Below, piece after piece: positions 1 through 9,022 of a DNA stretch of 64,000 nucleotides. The position numbers and the translations under genes were made by a program. The DNA comes from Longimicrobiales bacterium (GTDB taxonomy: Bacteria > Gemmatimonadota > Gemmatimonadetes > Longimicrobiales > Gaopeijiaceae), in assembly GCA_965226375.1 (NCBI GenBank), contig CBDDCX010000004.1, positions 1 to 64,000 on the forward strand, written 5' to 3'. Position 1 is the first letter of the stretch; the number at the start of each line of letters is the position of its first letter. The notes under the pieces were generated by a model that saw only the letters and a list, made by a program, of their open reading frames with translations, had not been told where the DNA came from and ran no database searches.

Positions 1-55
1 GGTAGCGGAAGACGTACATGTAGGCGTTGAGCCGTTGGACTGTCCCTACTGCCAT
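1..55 (-). CDS. Possible 5' end of a gene running off the window (MAVGTVQRLNAYMYVFRY...)
   Basis: ATG at 55, open frame to the window edge, GC-rich third codon positions; too short to identify. Confidence 0.25.
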   Translation of the reverse strand, partial: MAVGTVQRLNAYMYVFRY

Positions 56-138
56 GCGTGGGGCGTTTGAATATTGCCGGAACCCACGAAGGCCCTCGCC
101 TGATAATCATGCGGAAATGGAAGCTCGAAACGGCTTCA

Positions 139-166
139 GCTTAACATAATAACGATTATACGGACC
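139..166 (-). other. dif: dif site (XerC/XerD chromosome dimer resolution site)
   Basis: Minus strand GGTCCGTATAA-TCGTTA-TTATGTTAAGC vs E. coli dif GGTGCGCATAA-TGTATA-TTATGTTAAAT: 9/11 identity in each arm, 6-bp spacer, intergenic AT-rich patch. Confidence 0.85.
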
Positions 167-535
167 TTGTGAATCCATAAATTCCCTTATTTCAAGCGGG
201 AAACTGCGGATTCCAGCGGGGCCGCTCGCGCCGAGGAGTACCCGCCGAGCCGGAGGGCTAGCCCTCCAGACCCGATCCGTCCGCCGCCCGCACCGCGTTC
301 AGCTGGCGAGCGCCCGCGGGAACAGAATGTTGTCTCCAGATGGATGTGTTGGTGCAGGGACGTCTCCAGGTCGGCAAGGCCGAACCACAACGCTCTCCAC
401 GTGTTACACGCGCCCTCCGGCACCTCGTAACCATCGGTCAGAGCGGGGTCAACGCAGGCGCAGCGGGTCGAACCTGAACCGTTGGCCCCCCGCAGCATCT
501 GCGATAGATTCGTACTCCCTCAAAAAGGAACACAC

Positions 536-1228
536 ATGCGATTTCGGTTACAGTCAGCTGCGGCTCTCGGCTTGGTCATCACGGCCGGGTGTCAGGCCGG
601 TGGAACGGCCTCTCTGGACACGGACATCCAGAAGGCGAGCTATGCCATCGGCACGGAGATCGGCACGAACTTCGAGCCGAGCAAGGAATTTTTCGATCTC
701 GCCGCCGTGGTGCGGGGCATCGAGGATGCCCTCGCCGGTAAGGAGATGGCCGTAAGCGCGGATTCGCTTGCCGTGGCCCGGCAGCGTGTGGGACAACTGG
801 TTCAACAGGCACAGGTTGCCGCTCAGCAGGAAATCATGGATACCAACGCCGCCGAGGGAGAGGCCTTCCTGGCCGAAAACGCGACCAAGGAGGGGGTCAT
901 AGTCACGGACAGTGGTCTCCAATACGAGATCCTGACGCAGGGAGACGGACCTCAACCCACTGCCGAATCGCGTGTAAAGGTCCACTACCGCGGCTCGCTG
1001 ATCGACGGCACCGAGTTCGACAGCTCATACGAGCGTGGCGAACCCACGGACTTTGGTGTGAACGGGGTCATCGCCGGGTTCGGAGAGGGTCTCCAGTTGA
1101 TGCCGGTGGGCAGCCACTACCGCTTCTTCATCCCCTCGAACATCGCGTACGGCATGCAGGCTGCCGGTAGCATCATCGGGCCCAACGCGACGCTGATCTT
1201 CGAGGTCGAGCTCAAGGAGATCCTTTAA
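536..1228 (+). CDS. FKBP-type peptidyl-prolyl cis-trans isomerase (FkpA/Mip-like), lipoprotein
   Basis: VKVHYRGSLIDGTEFDSSYERG, VIAGFGEGLQLM, IGPNATLIFEVEL; N-terminal FKBP_N (KASYAIG); lipobox ITAGC; AAAGGAA RBS before ATG 536. Confidence 0.93.
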   Translation: MRFRLQSAAALGLVITAGCQAGGTASLDTDIQKASYAIGTEIGTNFEPSKEFFDLAAVVRGIEDALAGKEMAVSADSLAVARQRVGQLVQQAQVAAQQEIMDTNAAEGEAFLAENATKEGVIVTDSGLQYEILTQGDGPQPTAESRVKVHYRGSLIDGTEFDSSYERGEPTDFGVNGVIAGFGEGLQLMPVGSHYRFFIPSNIAYGMQAAGSIIGPNATLIFEVELKEIL

Positions 1229-1287
1229 AGGGGCTGACGTAAAGTGACCCGGAGCAGGCCGAAATCGGTGACGGCTCTGGCGAGAGT

Positions 1288-1809
1288 CTAGCCCGCCAGG
1301 ATCCCCTCGATGAATTCCGATTTGCCCGCCGTATAACCCTCCAGGTCTATGCCCTCTCGGCCGGCGAGATCACGCTTGAGCGCCGAGTACGCCTCGCGGT
1401 CGGCCTCCTCTTCGCGCAAGTGGTTCCGGAGGGCGAGGTGCCGATCCAACTCCCGACCGCCTTCTACGGACACGTAGAGATGATGCGGCGCCCAGTCCCT
1501 CTTGGGATCCCTGAGCGGGACATCGGGCCCCCTCCGTCGGAAGGCCTCCTGACCCATGACACCTCGATCTCCCTCATATATGTAGCCCAGGTGGGCGAGT
1601 TGTCCGATCATACGACCCAACTGGGACTCGTCTCCGATCACGACATGGATGTCGAGGATCGGCTTGGCTGCCAGCCCGGGAACGGCCGTGCTCCCTATGT
1701 GCTCGACCCTCACGATCCCGCTCTCTTCAGACAGCTCCTCCAGCAGGCACGCTTTGACCTCTTCGAACCACGCCGGCCACGCCGGGTTGTTGTCTGATAT
1801 GGTGATCAT
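1288..1809 (-). CDS. GrpB family protein (nucleotidyltransferase fold)
   Basis: VEHIGSTAVPGLAAKPILDI, HHLYV, RNHLR...YSALKRDLA...YTAGKSEFI. Confidence 0.9.
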   Translation of the reverse strand: MITISDNNPAWPAWFEEVKACLLEELSEESGIVRVEHIGSTAVPGLAAKPILDIHVVIGDESQLGRMIGQLAHLGYIYEGDRGVMGQEAFRRRGPDVPLRDPKRDWAPHHLYVSVEGGRELDRHLALRNHLREEEADREAYSALKRDLAGREGIDLEGYTAGKSEFIEGILAG

Positions 1810-3281
1810 GGCACTTCGGCCTCCGCTTCGATCTCGACGAGATACTCATCCCCTATCAACCCCGCATGAATCAATGTGTTGGCCGGAAGGATCGAGCGAA
1901 ACCGTTCACCGTGAGCACGCGCTACGGCTTCCCAATCATCGAGGTTGGGTACGTACACTCGCGTGCGGACCACGTCTTCGAGACGACCCCCGAGGGATTG
2001 GAGCACCCCTTCGATCTTGTCGATGACGAACTGCGTCTGGGCGGCGGGATCCGCTCCGCCGATGGCACGGTTCCCGTGCGTAGCGGTGGTCCCCGACACC
2101 CAGATGCGCGACCCCCGGCGGACCGCTCGACTGAACCCGGCGAGGTCCTCCCACGTGGTGCCGGTCAGCACCAGGCTGCGCCCATTCTCGCGCGCCTGCA
2201 CGGTGTAGGGAGGTGGAAACGAGTCGAAGTGATGACTCAGATCGCCAGCGGCGGTAAGAAACGGCGGCTTCCGGTACTCGTCACCGCAGTCTCCCGGAAC
2301 ACCTCCCATATCCGATAGCGCCGTCTGGATTTCCGACACATCCTCATCGTCGAGAGAAAAGTCAAAGAGCCTGAGGTTGTCCTCGATATGGTCGCTCTCG
2401 CCAAGCCGCGCGCCAATGATGACGCCACCTACGGCAGGCTGCTCGAGAATCTGGCGGCAGGCCACGTTGGCCATCGAGACACGGTGTTTGTCGGCCACAC
2501 GTCTCACCGCTTCGAGAAGGCGTTGAAAGGCATCCCAACCCCCCGCGGCGTCGACGAACCGCCGGTACTTCATCTGCGACCAAGTATCCAGAGAATCCAC
2601 ATCGGGCTCGGGAACCCCCAGCCACCGCTCGGTGAGGAGGCCACCGGCCACCGTACCGAATGCCAAGAGCTTGACGCCGTGCTGCACACACAGATCGGTC
2701 ATGCCCCTACGCGCCCGCTGATCGATGAGGGAGTAGCAAACTTGATTGGAGACCACCTCGATCCCGCTGTGCAACACGATGCTCAGGTGGGCGGTGTCTA
2801 CGTTGGTCAGGCCGAGATGGCCGATCAGACCCTCGTGCTTCAGCTCCTGGAGCCAGAAAAGACAGTCCAGCCATCCAGGATCAGCATAATTCCAGGCATG
2901 GAACTGCAGGAGGTCGATGCGCTCCGTCTCCATCCGGTCCAGGGATCGTTGAACGGCTGCCCTTACGTCGTCGCGTGTATGGTGCCCCGGCTTGGGTACC
3001 CACTTGGTCAGAAGCTCGACCGCCGGGTCCCCTCCGGTCCGTTTCCGGAAGCGGCCGGCGATCACCTCGGACGAGCCATAGTGGTCGGCCATATCGTAGG
3101 TCGTGAAGCCCGCCTCGACGTACGGCGTCATGGCCTCGGACGTGGCGTCGGGATCCAGGTCGCTCCCGTCGCGTTCCATGTCGGCGATCTGCCAAAGGCC
3201 GGTCAGGACCCGTGAGATGCTGAACCCGGGAGCGAGCTCGATTCGCTCGACTCGTCCGTTCCGCTCGATACCCTCGGTCAT
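1806..3281 (-). CDS. Aldo/keto reductase fused to a C-terminal Rid (YjgF/YER057c/UK114) domain
   Basis: AKR motifs GFTTYDMADHYG, LLTKW, IDLLQFH, GLTN, SNQVCYSLID; C-terminal GFSRAVRRG..WVSGTT..DVVRTRVYV..LVEIEAEA. Confidence 0.88.
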   Translation of the reverse strand: MTEGIERNGRVERIELAPGFSISRVLTGLWQIADMERDGSDLDPDATSEAMTPYVEAGFTTYDMADHYGSSEVIAGRFRKRTGGDPAVELLTKWVPKPGHHTRDDVRAAVQRSLDRMETERIDLLQFHAWNYADPGWLDCLFWLQELKHEGLIGHLGLTNVDTAHLSIVLHSGIEVVSNQVCYSLIDQRARRGMTDLCVQHGVKLLAFGTVAGGLLTERWLGVPEPDVDSLDTWSQMKYRRFVDAAGGWDAFQRLLEAVRRVADKHRVSMANVACRQILEQPAVGGVIIGARLGESDHIEDNLRLFDFSLDDEDVSEIQTALSDMGGVPGDCGDEYRKPPFLTAAGDLSHHFDSFPPPYTVQARENGRSLVLTGTTWEDLAGFSRAVRRGSRIWVSGTTATHGNRAIGGADPAAQTQFVIDKIEGVLQSLGGRLEDVVRTRVYVPNLDDWEAVARAHGERFRSILPANTLIHAGLIGDEYLVEIEAEAEVP

Positions 3282-3290
3282 GGGGCGGCC

Positions 3291-4841
3291 CTACTCCGGC
3301 GGAAGTTTCGAGAAGAGCGCGTCGACATCGACACCTTCGGAACGGAGGCCCCGGAGCTCCTTGAAGTAGACGCCCGTCGCGACCGCCATGACCACCAGCC
3401 ACAACGGGGTCGAATGGAAGTACCACGCGTCCACATCAGCGGTCAGATCCTTCCACACATGGACGACCAGGAAGATCGAGAGCATCACGATGCCCGACAC
3501 CGCTACCACGACCTGCAGGGTGCGCGAGGGTAGGACGCTCACGTCCCGCGCGATCTCCGGGTTCCGCCGGGGAAGCGCGAGAACGGCCAGGCACATGACC
3601 AAGAAGTTCACCAGCATCGACGTAACCAGAATATCGATGCCCAGGAAAAAGTCACCGGCCATGTGGCTGCCCAGAATGCCCACCGACGCCATGAGACCGC
3701 TGAGGACAATGGCCACATAAGGCGTGTGCCACTCGGGGTGCACCTTCGCCACACCCCGGGGGAATATCCCGTCCTCGGCCCACGCGAACATCAATCTCGA
3801 CACGGCAAGTAGCATGGCCGGCAGATCGTTCATCAGCGCGATGGCGGCTCCCGCCACAATGGCGACGGTCCAAGCCGGCGGCAGGAGATACCCCAACAGA
3901 CCGGGAGCCGTGAGGTCCTGTGTCTGCGCCTGCTCCGCCACGTAGCTCCAGGGCACGGCATGGTATACCGCCGCCGTGAACAGCATGTAGAACGTGCCGA
4001 CCGTGAGGACGGCGATCCCGATGGCCAGCGGCAGGGTGCGAGACGGGTTCTTTGCCTCACCGCCGGCCTGAGCGATCGAATCGAATCCGATGAAGCTCGA
4101 AAAGAGCAGAGCCGACGCCGCCAGATAGGTGCCGATCCGGAAGGGAGGAGTGACGGCATCGGGAATGGCCCGCCCTTCCCGGAGCTGGACCGCCGCTGCG
4201 AAGTCCTGGTGATCGAAAGCGAAGCCGGCAACGATGACCACCGCGCCCAGCACGAACATCAGGAACATCAGCGGCACGAGCGTCCGCTCATACAGCCGTA
4301 CACCCCGCAGGTTGACTCCAACGAAGGTCCACAGGAAGGCCAGAGCCAGGGTCACTCGCACGAAACCCCCGTCGAGACTCTCGGCAAGCGGCTCCCACCC
4401 CACGGCCGTGGCGATGTCCCTCAGAAACGGAATCATCACATACGACACCACACCGATCGCGATGCTGAGACCGAACCACTGAGAGGAACTCGCCACGAAT
4501 CCCAGATAGGGACTCAGACCCCGGCTACCGTAGACATAACTCCCACCTGCACGCGGCATGGCGGAGGACAGGATCGCGTAGGCCAATGCTGCCAAAATGG
4601 CAGGAATCGCCCCATAAACGTATGCGTGCAGCACGTACGGGCCGATGCCGGGCACGTTCCTCTGGATCATGATGGGGACCACATTGATGGCGGCCCCAAG
4701 CATGGAGCAGATCCCGGTGGCGGCCAGCCCCAGCAGCCCCATCTCCCGTGCGAGGCCGGTGCCCTGCGCCGCCGTGGCGCCGTGCCTCAACGCCGCCCGC
4801 CGCGGCGCCCCCTCGGGCGCCGGGTCGCCGCCCCCGGTCAC
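3291..4841 (-). CDS. APC family amino acid/polyamine permease
   Basis: About 12 hydrophobic segments, SAMPRAGGSYVY, FIGFD..AQAGGEAKNP; start re-called at GTG 4841 (GTGA overlap with upstream stop). Confidence 0.88.
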   Translation of the reverse strand: MTGGGDPAPEGAPRRAALRHGATAAQGTGLAREMGLLGLAATGICSMLGAAINVVPIMIQRNVPGIGPYVLHAYVYGAIPAILAALAYAILSSAMPRAGGSYVYGSRGLSPYLGFVASSSQWFGLSIAIGVVSYVMIPFLRDIATAVGWEPLAESLDGGFVRVTLALAFLWTFVGVNLRGVRLYERTLVPLMFLMFVLGAVVIVAGFAFDHQDFAAAVQLREGRAIPDAVTPPFRIGTYLAASALLFSSFIGFDSIAQAGGEAKNPSRTLPLAIGIAVLTVGTFYMLFTAAVYHAVPWSYVAEQAQTQDLTAPGLLGYLLPPAWTVAIVAGAAIALMNDLPAMLLAVSRLMFAWAEDGIFPRGVAKVHPEWHTPYVAIVLSGLMASVGILGSHMAGDFFLGIDILVTSMLVNFLVMCLAVLALPRRNPEIARDVSVLPSRTLQVVVAVSGIVMLSIFLVVHVWKDLTADVDAWYFHSTPLWLVVMAVATGVYFKELRGLRSEGVDVDALFSKLPPE

Positions 4842-5695
4842 ACCCTGCACACGTCCACCGCGTCTCGGATCGCCCCGATGGGCTCTCTGGTGGGGTTGAA
4901 CTCGTGCGCCACGTAGCCGCCGAATTCGAGTTCGGCCAGCGCCAGGGCGATACCCCGGTAGTTCAGTTCCTGGGTCTCGTCCAGTTCGTGACGGCCCGGC
5001 ACCCCCGCCGTATGAATGTGGACGATGGCGTCTCGATGCGCCCGTAACGTGTCGATGACGTTCCCCTCCATCACCTGCATGTGGTAGATGTCGTAAAGGA
5101 GGCGGAAGTTCGGTGAGCCCACGCCCCGGACGACTTCGAGTCCGTACCGGGTAGAGTCGGCATCGTAGTCGGCGTGGTCCACCGTACTGTTGAGCATCTC
5201 GAGGCACAATGTCACGCCGTGACGCTCCGCGGTCGGGGCAATCTGCCGGAGGCCCTCGGCACAGGTGGCAATGCCCTCGGCCTCGGTCCGCCCCCTGCGA
5301 TTCCCGCTCATGACGATCAGGTTGCGGACTCCCGCCGCGGCTGCGTTGGGGATCGCCTCTTCCAACTCCGCGATCAGCGTCGCGTGCATGTCGCGATCGT
5401 TGAAGCCGTCCGAGATCAGTCGAGGGCGTCGCGACGCGTACCCCATAGACACCGCGAGGCCGTGGGAATGGGCCACAGCCCATTCGTCGGGGAACAGCAG
5501 ATCGATGGCTTCGAGGCCCATAGAACGGGCTTCGCGACAGAAGTCCTCGAGCGGGATGTCCTCGAAGGGCCACCTACAGACCGACTGGTGCAGACGGCCG
5601 GGCGAGGCGGACCCGCTCGCGGGCCCGGTGGCACCCAGGCCGGCGAGGGCGCCCGCCGTGCTCGCCGCCCCTGCCACGAAAGCACGTCGCTTCAT
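4838..5695 (-). CDS. Hydroxypyruvate isomerase family TIM-barrel protein, Tat signal
   Basis: MKRRAFV Tat motif; LCLEMLNSTVDHADY, LLYDIYHMQVMEG, HIHTAGVPGRHE. Confidence 0.88.
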   Translation of the reverse strand: MKRRAFVAGAASTAGALAGLGATGPASGSASPGRLHQSVCRWPFEDIPLEDFCREARSMGLEAIDLLFPDEWAVAHSHGLAVSMGYASRRPRLISDGFNDRDMHATLIAELEEAIPNAAAAGVRNLIVMSGNRRGRTEAEGIATCAEGLRQIAPTAERHGVTLCLEMLNSTVDHADYDADSTRYGLEVVRGVGSPNFRLLYDIYHMQVMEGNVIDTLRAHRDAIVHIHTAGVPGRHELDETQELNYRGIALALAELEFGGYVAHEFNPTREPIGAIRDAVDVCRV

Positions 5696-6540
5696 CAGGT
5701 GCCCAGTCGGCTCAGATAATCGAAGCTGGCCGCAACCGAGGCGTAGCTGTCGGTGGGATCATCGTGCTCAACGAAGTAGTGGCGGATGCCGGCGATGGCA
5801 CGAGCACCAAAGATCTCTTCCCAGTCGATGGCACCGGCGCCCACATCCACCATGACACCTTCGGCCGTTCGGTCTTTCACGTGGACCATGGGCACCCGAC
5901 CCGGCCAACGCTCGAAAAAGGTCAGGGGATCGCCCCCACCGTGGATGATCCAGAACAGATCGAGCTCGATCTTCACCAGATCCGGGTCGGTCTGCTCACA
6001 GAGCAGGTCGAAGGGGATCTGCCCATCGATCGGCAAGAACTCGGTCGCGTGATTGTGGTACGCGAACTGGATGCCCGCCGCGCGAGCCGCATCGGCCGCC
6101 CCGTTGAAGATGTCGGCCACTGCGCGCCAATGGTCCAGGGTGACACTCATCTCGCGTGGCACGGAGGGCACGATCACATACGGATGTCCGATCGTGTTCG
6201 CGATGTCGAGCGTATTCGGCCAGTCGTTGAGCACGGCGTTCATGTCGACATGCGCCCCGGGTGAGCTCAAACCGGCGGCGGTGAGTCCGTTCCGGATCTC
6301 GGCCGGACTCAGGCCGAAGTAGCCGGCGAACTCCACCTCGCGGTACCCGATCTCCCTAACCCGGGCAAGCGTCGCATCCACCCCCTCGGCCATCTCACGC
6401 CGCAGCGTATAGAGCTGGAGGCCGAGCGGACCCAAGGGGCCGGTCACGATTTCGGTTTGTGCGCATGCGAGCTCACTGATCCCGACGGTGCCGGCGGCCA
6501 TGATCCCGAGGCGCCGTAACGCGTCGCGGCGCGTGATCAT
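5695..6540 (-). CDS. Sugar phosphate isomerase/epimerase (AP_endonuc_2 TIM barrel), Tat-lipoprotein signal
   Basis: TRRDAL...LAC; GLQLYTLR, FAYHNH, IELDLFW, VHVKD, YFVEHD; start at ATG 6540 overlaps the GMC stop. Confidence 0.88.
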   Translation of the reverse strand: MITRRDALRRLGIMAAGTVGISELACAQTEIVTGPLGPLGLQLYTLRREMAEGVDATLARVREIGYREVEFAGYFGLSPAEIRNGLTAAGLSSPGAHVDMNAVLNDWPNTLDIANTIGHPYVIVPSVPREMSVTLDHWRAVADIFNGAADAARAAGIQFAYHNHATEFLPIDGQIPFDLLCEQTDPDLVKIELDLFWIIHGGGDPLTFFERWPGRVPMVHVKDRTAEGVMVDVGAGAIDWEEIFGARAIAGIRHYFVEHDDPTDSYASVAASFDYLSRLGT

Positions 6541-8228
6541 CACAACTCCCCCCGTGTTATCAGGTCGACCGCATGATCTACGGCCCTTGCCGTGAGCGCC
6601 ATATACGTGATGCTCGGGTTCTGGTTGGCGCTCGACGTCATGCAGGCCCCATCGGTCATGAATAGATTCGGGACGTCCCAACTCTGGTTCCACCCATTCA
6701 GTACGGACGTAGCGGCGGTCCGGCCCATTCGGGCCGTCCCCATCTCGTGGATGGTGAGTCCGGGCGGGTTGTCTTCCAAGAAGGCCTCAATCTCGGTAGC
6801 CCCGACCGCCTCGAGCATCTCCGCGGCCTGGGTCCTCATCTCCCTGAGTACCCTGCGTTCGTTGTCACTCCACTGGCAGTGGATCCTGAGCGACGGAATA
6901 CCCCAGGCGTCCACCTGCTCCGGGTCCAGGTCCACGTAGTTCGACTCTCGAGGTAGGCACTCCCCGAAGCCGTAGAGGCTCGTCTTCCATGGCCCCGGAG
7001 TCCTGAGGGCATGCTTGAAGTCGGCTCCGAACCCTTGCATGGCGTTGCCCCGCTGCCAACCCTCACGAGAGGCTCCCCCCTGGTACGCGTACCCCCGCAG
7101 GAAGTCCGGATGCTGGTCAGTCACGTTGGCAAAGCGAGGCAGGTAGATACCGTGCGGCCGACGGCCGTACATCCACTTGTCGGCGAATCCGGGGATGGTC
7201 CCCACCGCCCCTCCGCCCATGGTATGATCCATGAGGTTGCGGCCCAGCTGGCCCGAAGAGTTGGCCAGCCCGTCCGGCCAGCGCTCCGTCTTCGAGTTGA
7301 GGAGAATCCGCGTGGACTCGAGGGCAGAAGCGCACAGAAACAGCAGGCGAGCCTTGTACTCGAAGGTCTCGTGCGTCTCGCCGTCGATGACACGTACGCC
7401 CTCAGCGCGTCCGGTACCGACGTCGTAGATCACGCTGTGGACCACGCTGTGCGGGCGAAGCGTCATCCGGCCCGTGGCGGCCGCGGCCGGCAAGGTTGCT
7501 GCGAGAGAGCTGAAGTACGAGTGGGTCGTGCAGCCGCGCTCACAGACCCCACAGAAGTGGCAGGCGGCACGTCCGTTGTGGTTCTCGGTCAGGATCGCAC
7601 ACCGGCCCACGGTGAGCACCCGGTCGCGGCCGAAGCGCCGGCTCATCCCATCGCGGACGAACTTCTCGGCGCAGTTGAGCTCTACCGGCGGAAGGAACTG
7701 AGCGTCGGGGACCTGCGGCAGGCCCTCGGCCTGTCCACTGACCCCTACGAATCGCTCCACATAGTCGTACCACGGCTCGATGTCGGCATACCGGATCGGC
7801 CAATCGACCCCGTGTCCGTCTCGGGCGTTGGCCTCGAAGTCCAGGTCGCTCCAGCGGTAGACGTGGCGGGCCCACACCAGCGACCGTCCGCCCACCTGTC
7901 GTGATCGGATCCAGGAGAAGGGTTTTCCTTCTCCCGTGGTGTAGGGGTTCAGGTCATCACGGACGAAGAATTTCTCGCTGTAGGCATCGCAGGCGTAGCA
8001 CTCGCGCTGGACGGGCCGTTCCTTCTCTTGCCGGTCCCGATCGCGGCGGCCGCGGTGTCGCATCTGCCACGGCTGCGTCGTCATCTCGTAATCGGTCGCC
8101 GGATCGATGGAGCGTCCAGCCTCGAGGACGAGCGTGTTGAGGCCGCGCTCCGTCAGCTCCTTTGCGGCCCAGCCCCCGCTCATGCCGGAGCCGACCACGA
8201 TGGCGTCGAAAGCCTCCTGGCGAGCCAT
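6540..8228 (-). CDS. GMC family FAD oxidoreductase (glycoside 3-dehydrogenase-like catalytic subunit)
   Basis: DAIVVGSGMSGGWAAKEL, RQVGGRS, Cys cluster CHFCGVCERGC, IHEMGTARMG, NPSITYMALTARA; start ATG 8228. Confidence 0.92.
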   Translation of the reverse strand: MARQEAFDAIVVGSGMSGGWAAKELTERGLNTLVLEAGRSIDPATDYEMTTQPWQMRHRGRRDRDRQEKERPVQRECYACDAYSEKFFVRDDLNPYTTGEGKPFSWIRSRQVGGRSLVWARHVYRWSDLDFEANARDGHGVDWPIRYADIEPWYDYVERFVGVSGQAEGLPQVPDAQFLPPVELNCAEKFVRDGMSRRFGRDRVLTVGRCAILTENHNGRAACHFCGVCERGCTTHSYFSSLAATLPAAAATGRMTLRPHSVVHSVIYDVGTGRAEGVRVIDGETHETFEYKARLLFLCASALESTRILLNSKTERWPDGLANSSGQLGRNLMDHTMGGGAVGTIPGFADKWMYGRRPHGIYLPRFANVTDQHPDFLRGYAYQGGASREGWQRGNAMQGFGADFKHALRTPGPWKTSLYGFGECLPRESNYVDLDPEQVDAWGIPSLRIHCQWSDNERRVLREMRTQAAEMLEAVGATEIEAFLEDNPPGLTIHEMGTARMGRTAATSVLNGWNQSWDVPNLFMTDGACMTSSANQNPSITYMALTARAVDHAVDLITRGEL

Positions 8229-8806
8229 CAGCCGCCCTCCACCGTCTGGCGGGTGACCTCGGACAGATCCGCGCATCCGTCGAAGCGGCCGGGAATCTCT
8301 TGCCAGAGAAGCTCCTGCTTCATGCCGATCTCAGACGTGTAGTATCCACTCAGGACTAGACTACGGAAGGAGTGGAAAAAGGGCGTGGGGGTGTCTGCGT
8401 CCCCCTCCTCCATCAGCGCCCGGCCCTCCGCCTCAAAGCCGGACAGAATCGCCGTCTGGGTAGCCTGTCCCGAGTGGGCGAAGCGGACCCCCGTCAGGGC
8501 CTCCGTGTGTTCGTCCACGTGAGCCAGACCTCGCATGAGGTGTTCACGCTCATCGGGTCTCATCCACTCGGATACGATCATCTCGATAAAGTCCACCACT
8601 CCGGCCTCGACGGCACCCGGCGTGTCCGTCTCCGGAATGATGGCCTCGGACAACGCCGCCACGGCCTCCCGTTGCTCGGCCGTGAAGAACGCGCTCCCTG
8701 GACGTCGACGCTCGCCCGGAGCAATCAGGGCGGCGAGTTGGCTGGGCGAGAGGCCAGCGACAGTCGCCGTAACACCGAGAATCTGTAGTAGATGGCGCCG
8801 GTCCAT
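8228..8806 (-). CDS. Gluconate 2-dehydrogenase subunit 3 family (Tat hitchhiker subunit)
   Basis: MDRRHLL Tat motif; IIPETDTPGA, LSGYYTSEIG, IPGRFDGC; GAAGGAG RBS. Confidence 0.9.
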   Translation of the reverse strand: MDRRHLLQILGVTATVAGLSPSQLAALIAPGERRRPGSAFFTAEQREAVAALSEAIIPETDTPGAVEAGVVDFIEMIVSEWMRPDEREHLMRGLAHVDEHTEALTGVRFAHSGQATQTAILSGFEAEGRALMEEGDADTPTPFFHSFRSLVLSGYYTSEIGMKQELLWQEIPGRFDGCADLSEVTRQTVEGG

Positions 8807-9022
8807 CCGCGCTCCTTCGAGTGAGGGGGCGGTGAACTTACTCGGGGGAAGCATGAAGCCGCCAGAAGAGTCTGACCCGAAACTCGTTCTGCCGACCTGG
8901 TTGCGTCACTGGTTTCGTCACTGGTCTCCTCCGGCGTCCGACCGTATCCTCGGCGAGTCGAACCCGCGCCGCCATGAGTCCGCTCGACCCGGCTCGTCCT
9001 ACGCCAATCGAGGGAGTTATCA

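Noticed and set aside
187..498. 103-aa ORF next to dif
   Set aside because: No motif or clear RBS; likely spurious
3291..5573. Long N-terminal extensions in the ORF track (APC 760 aa; likewise EB_dh 812 aa, LivH 434 aa, TldD 642 aa)
   Set aside because: They overlap upstream genes in another frame or run through intergenic DNA; better starts with RBS or stop/start overlap exist
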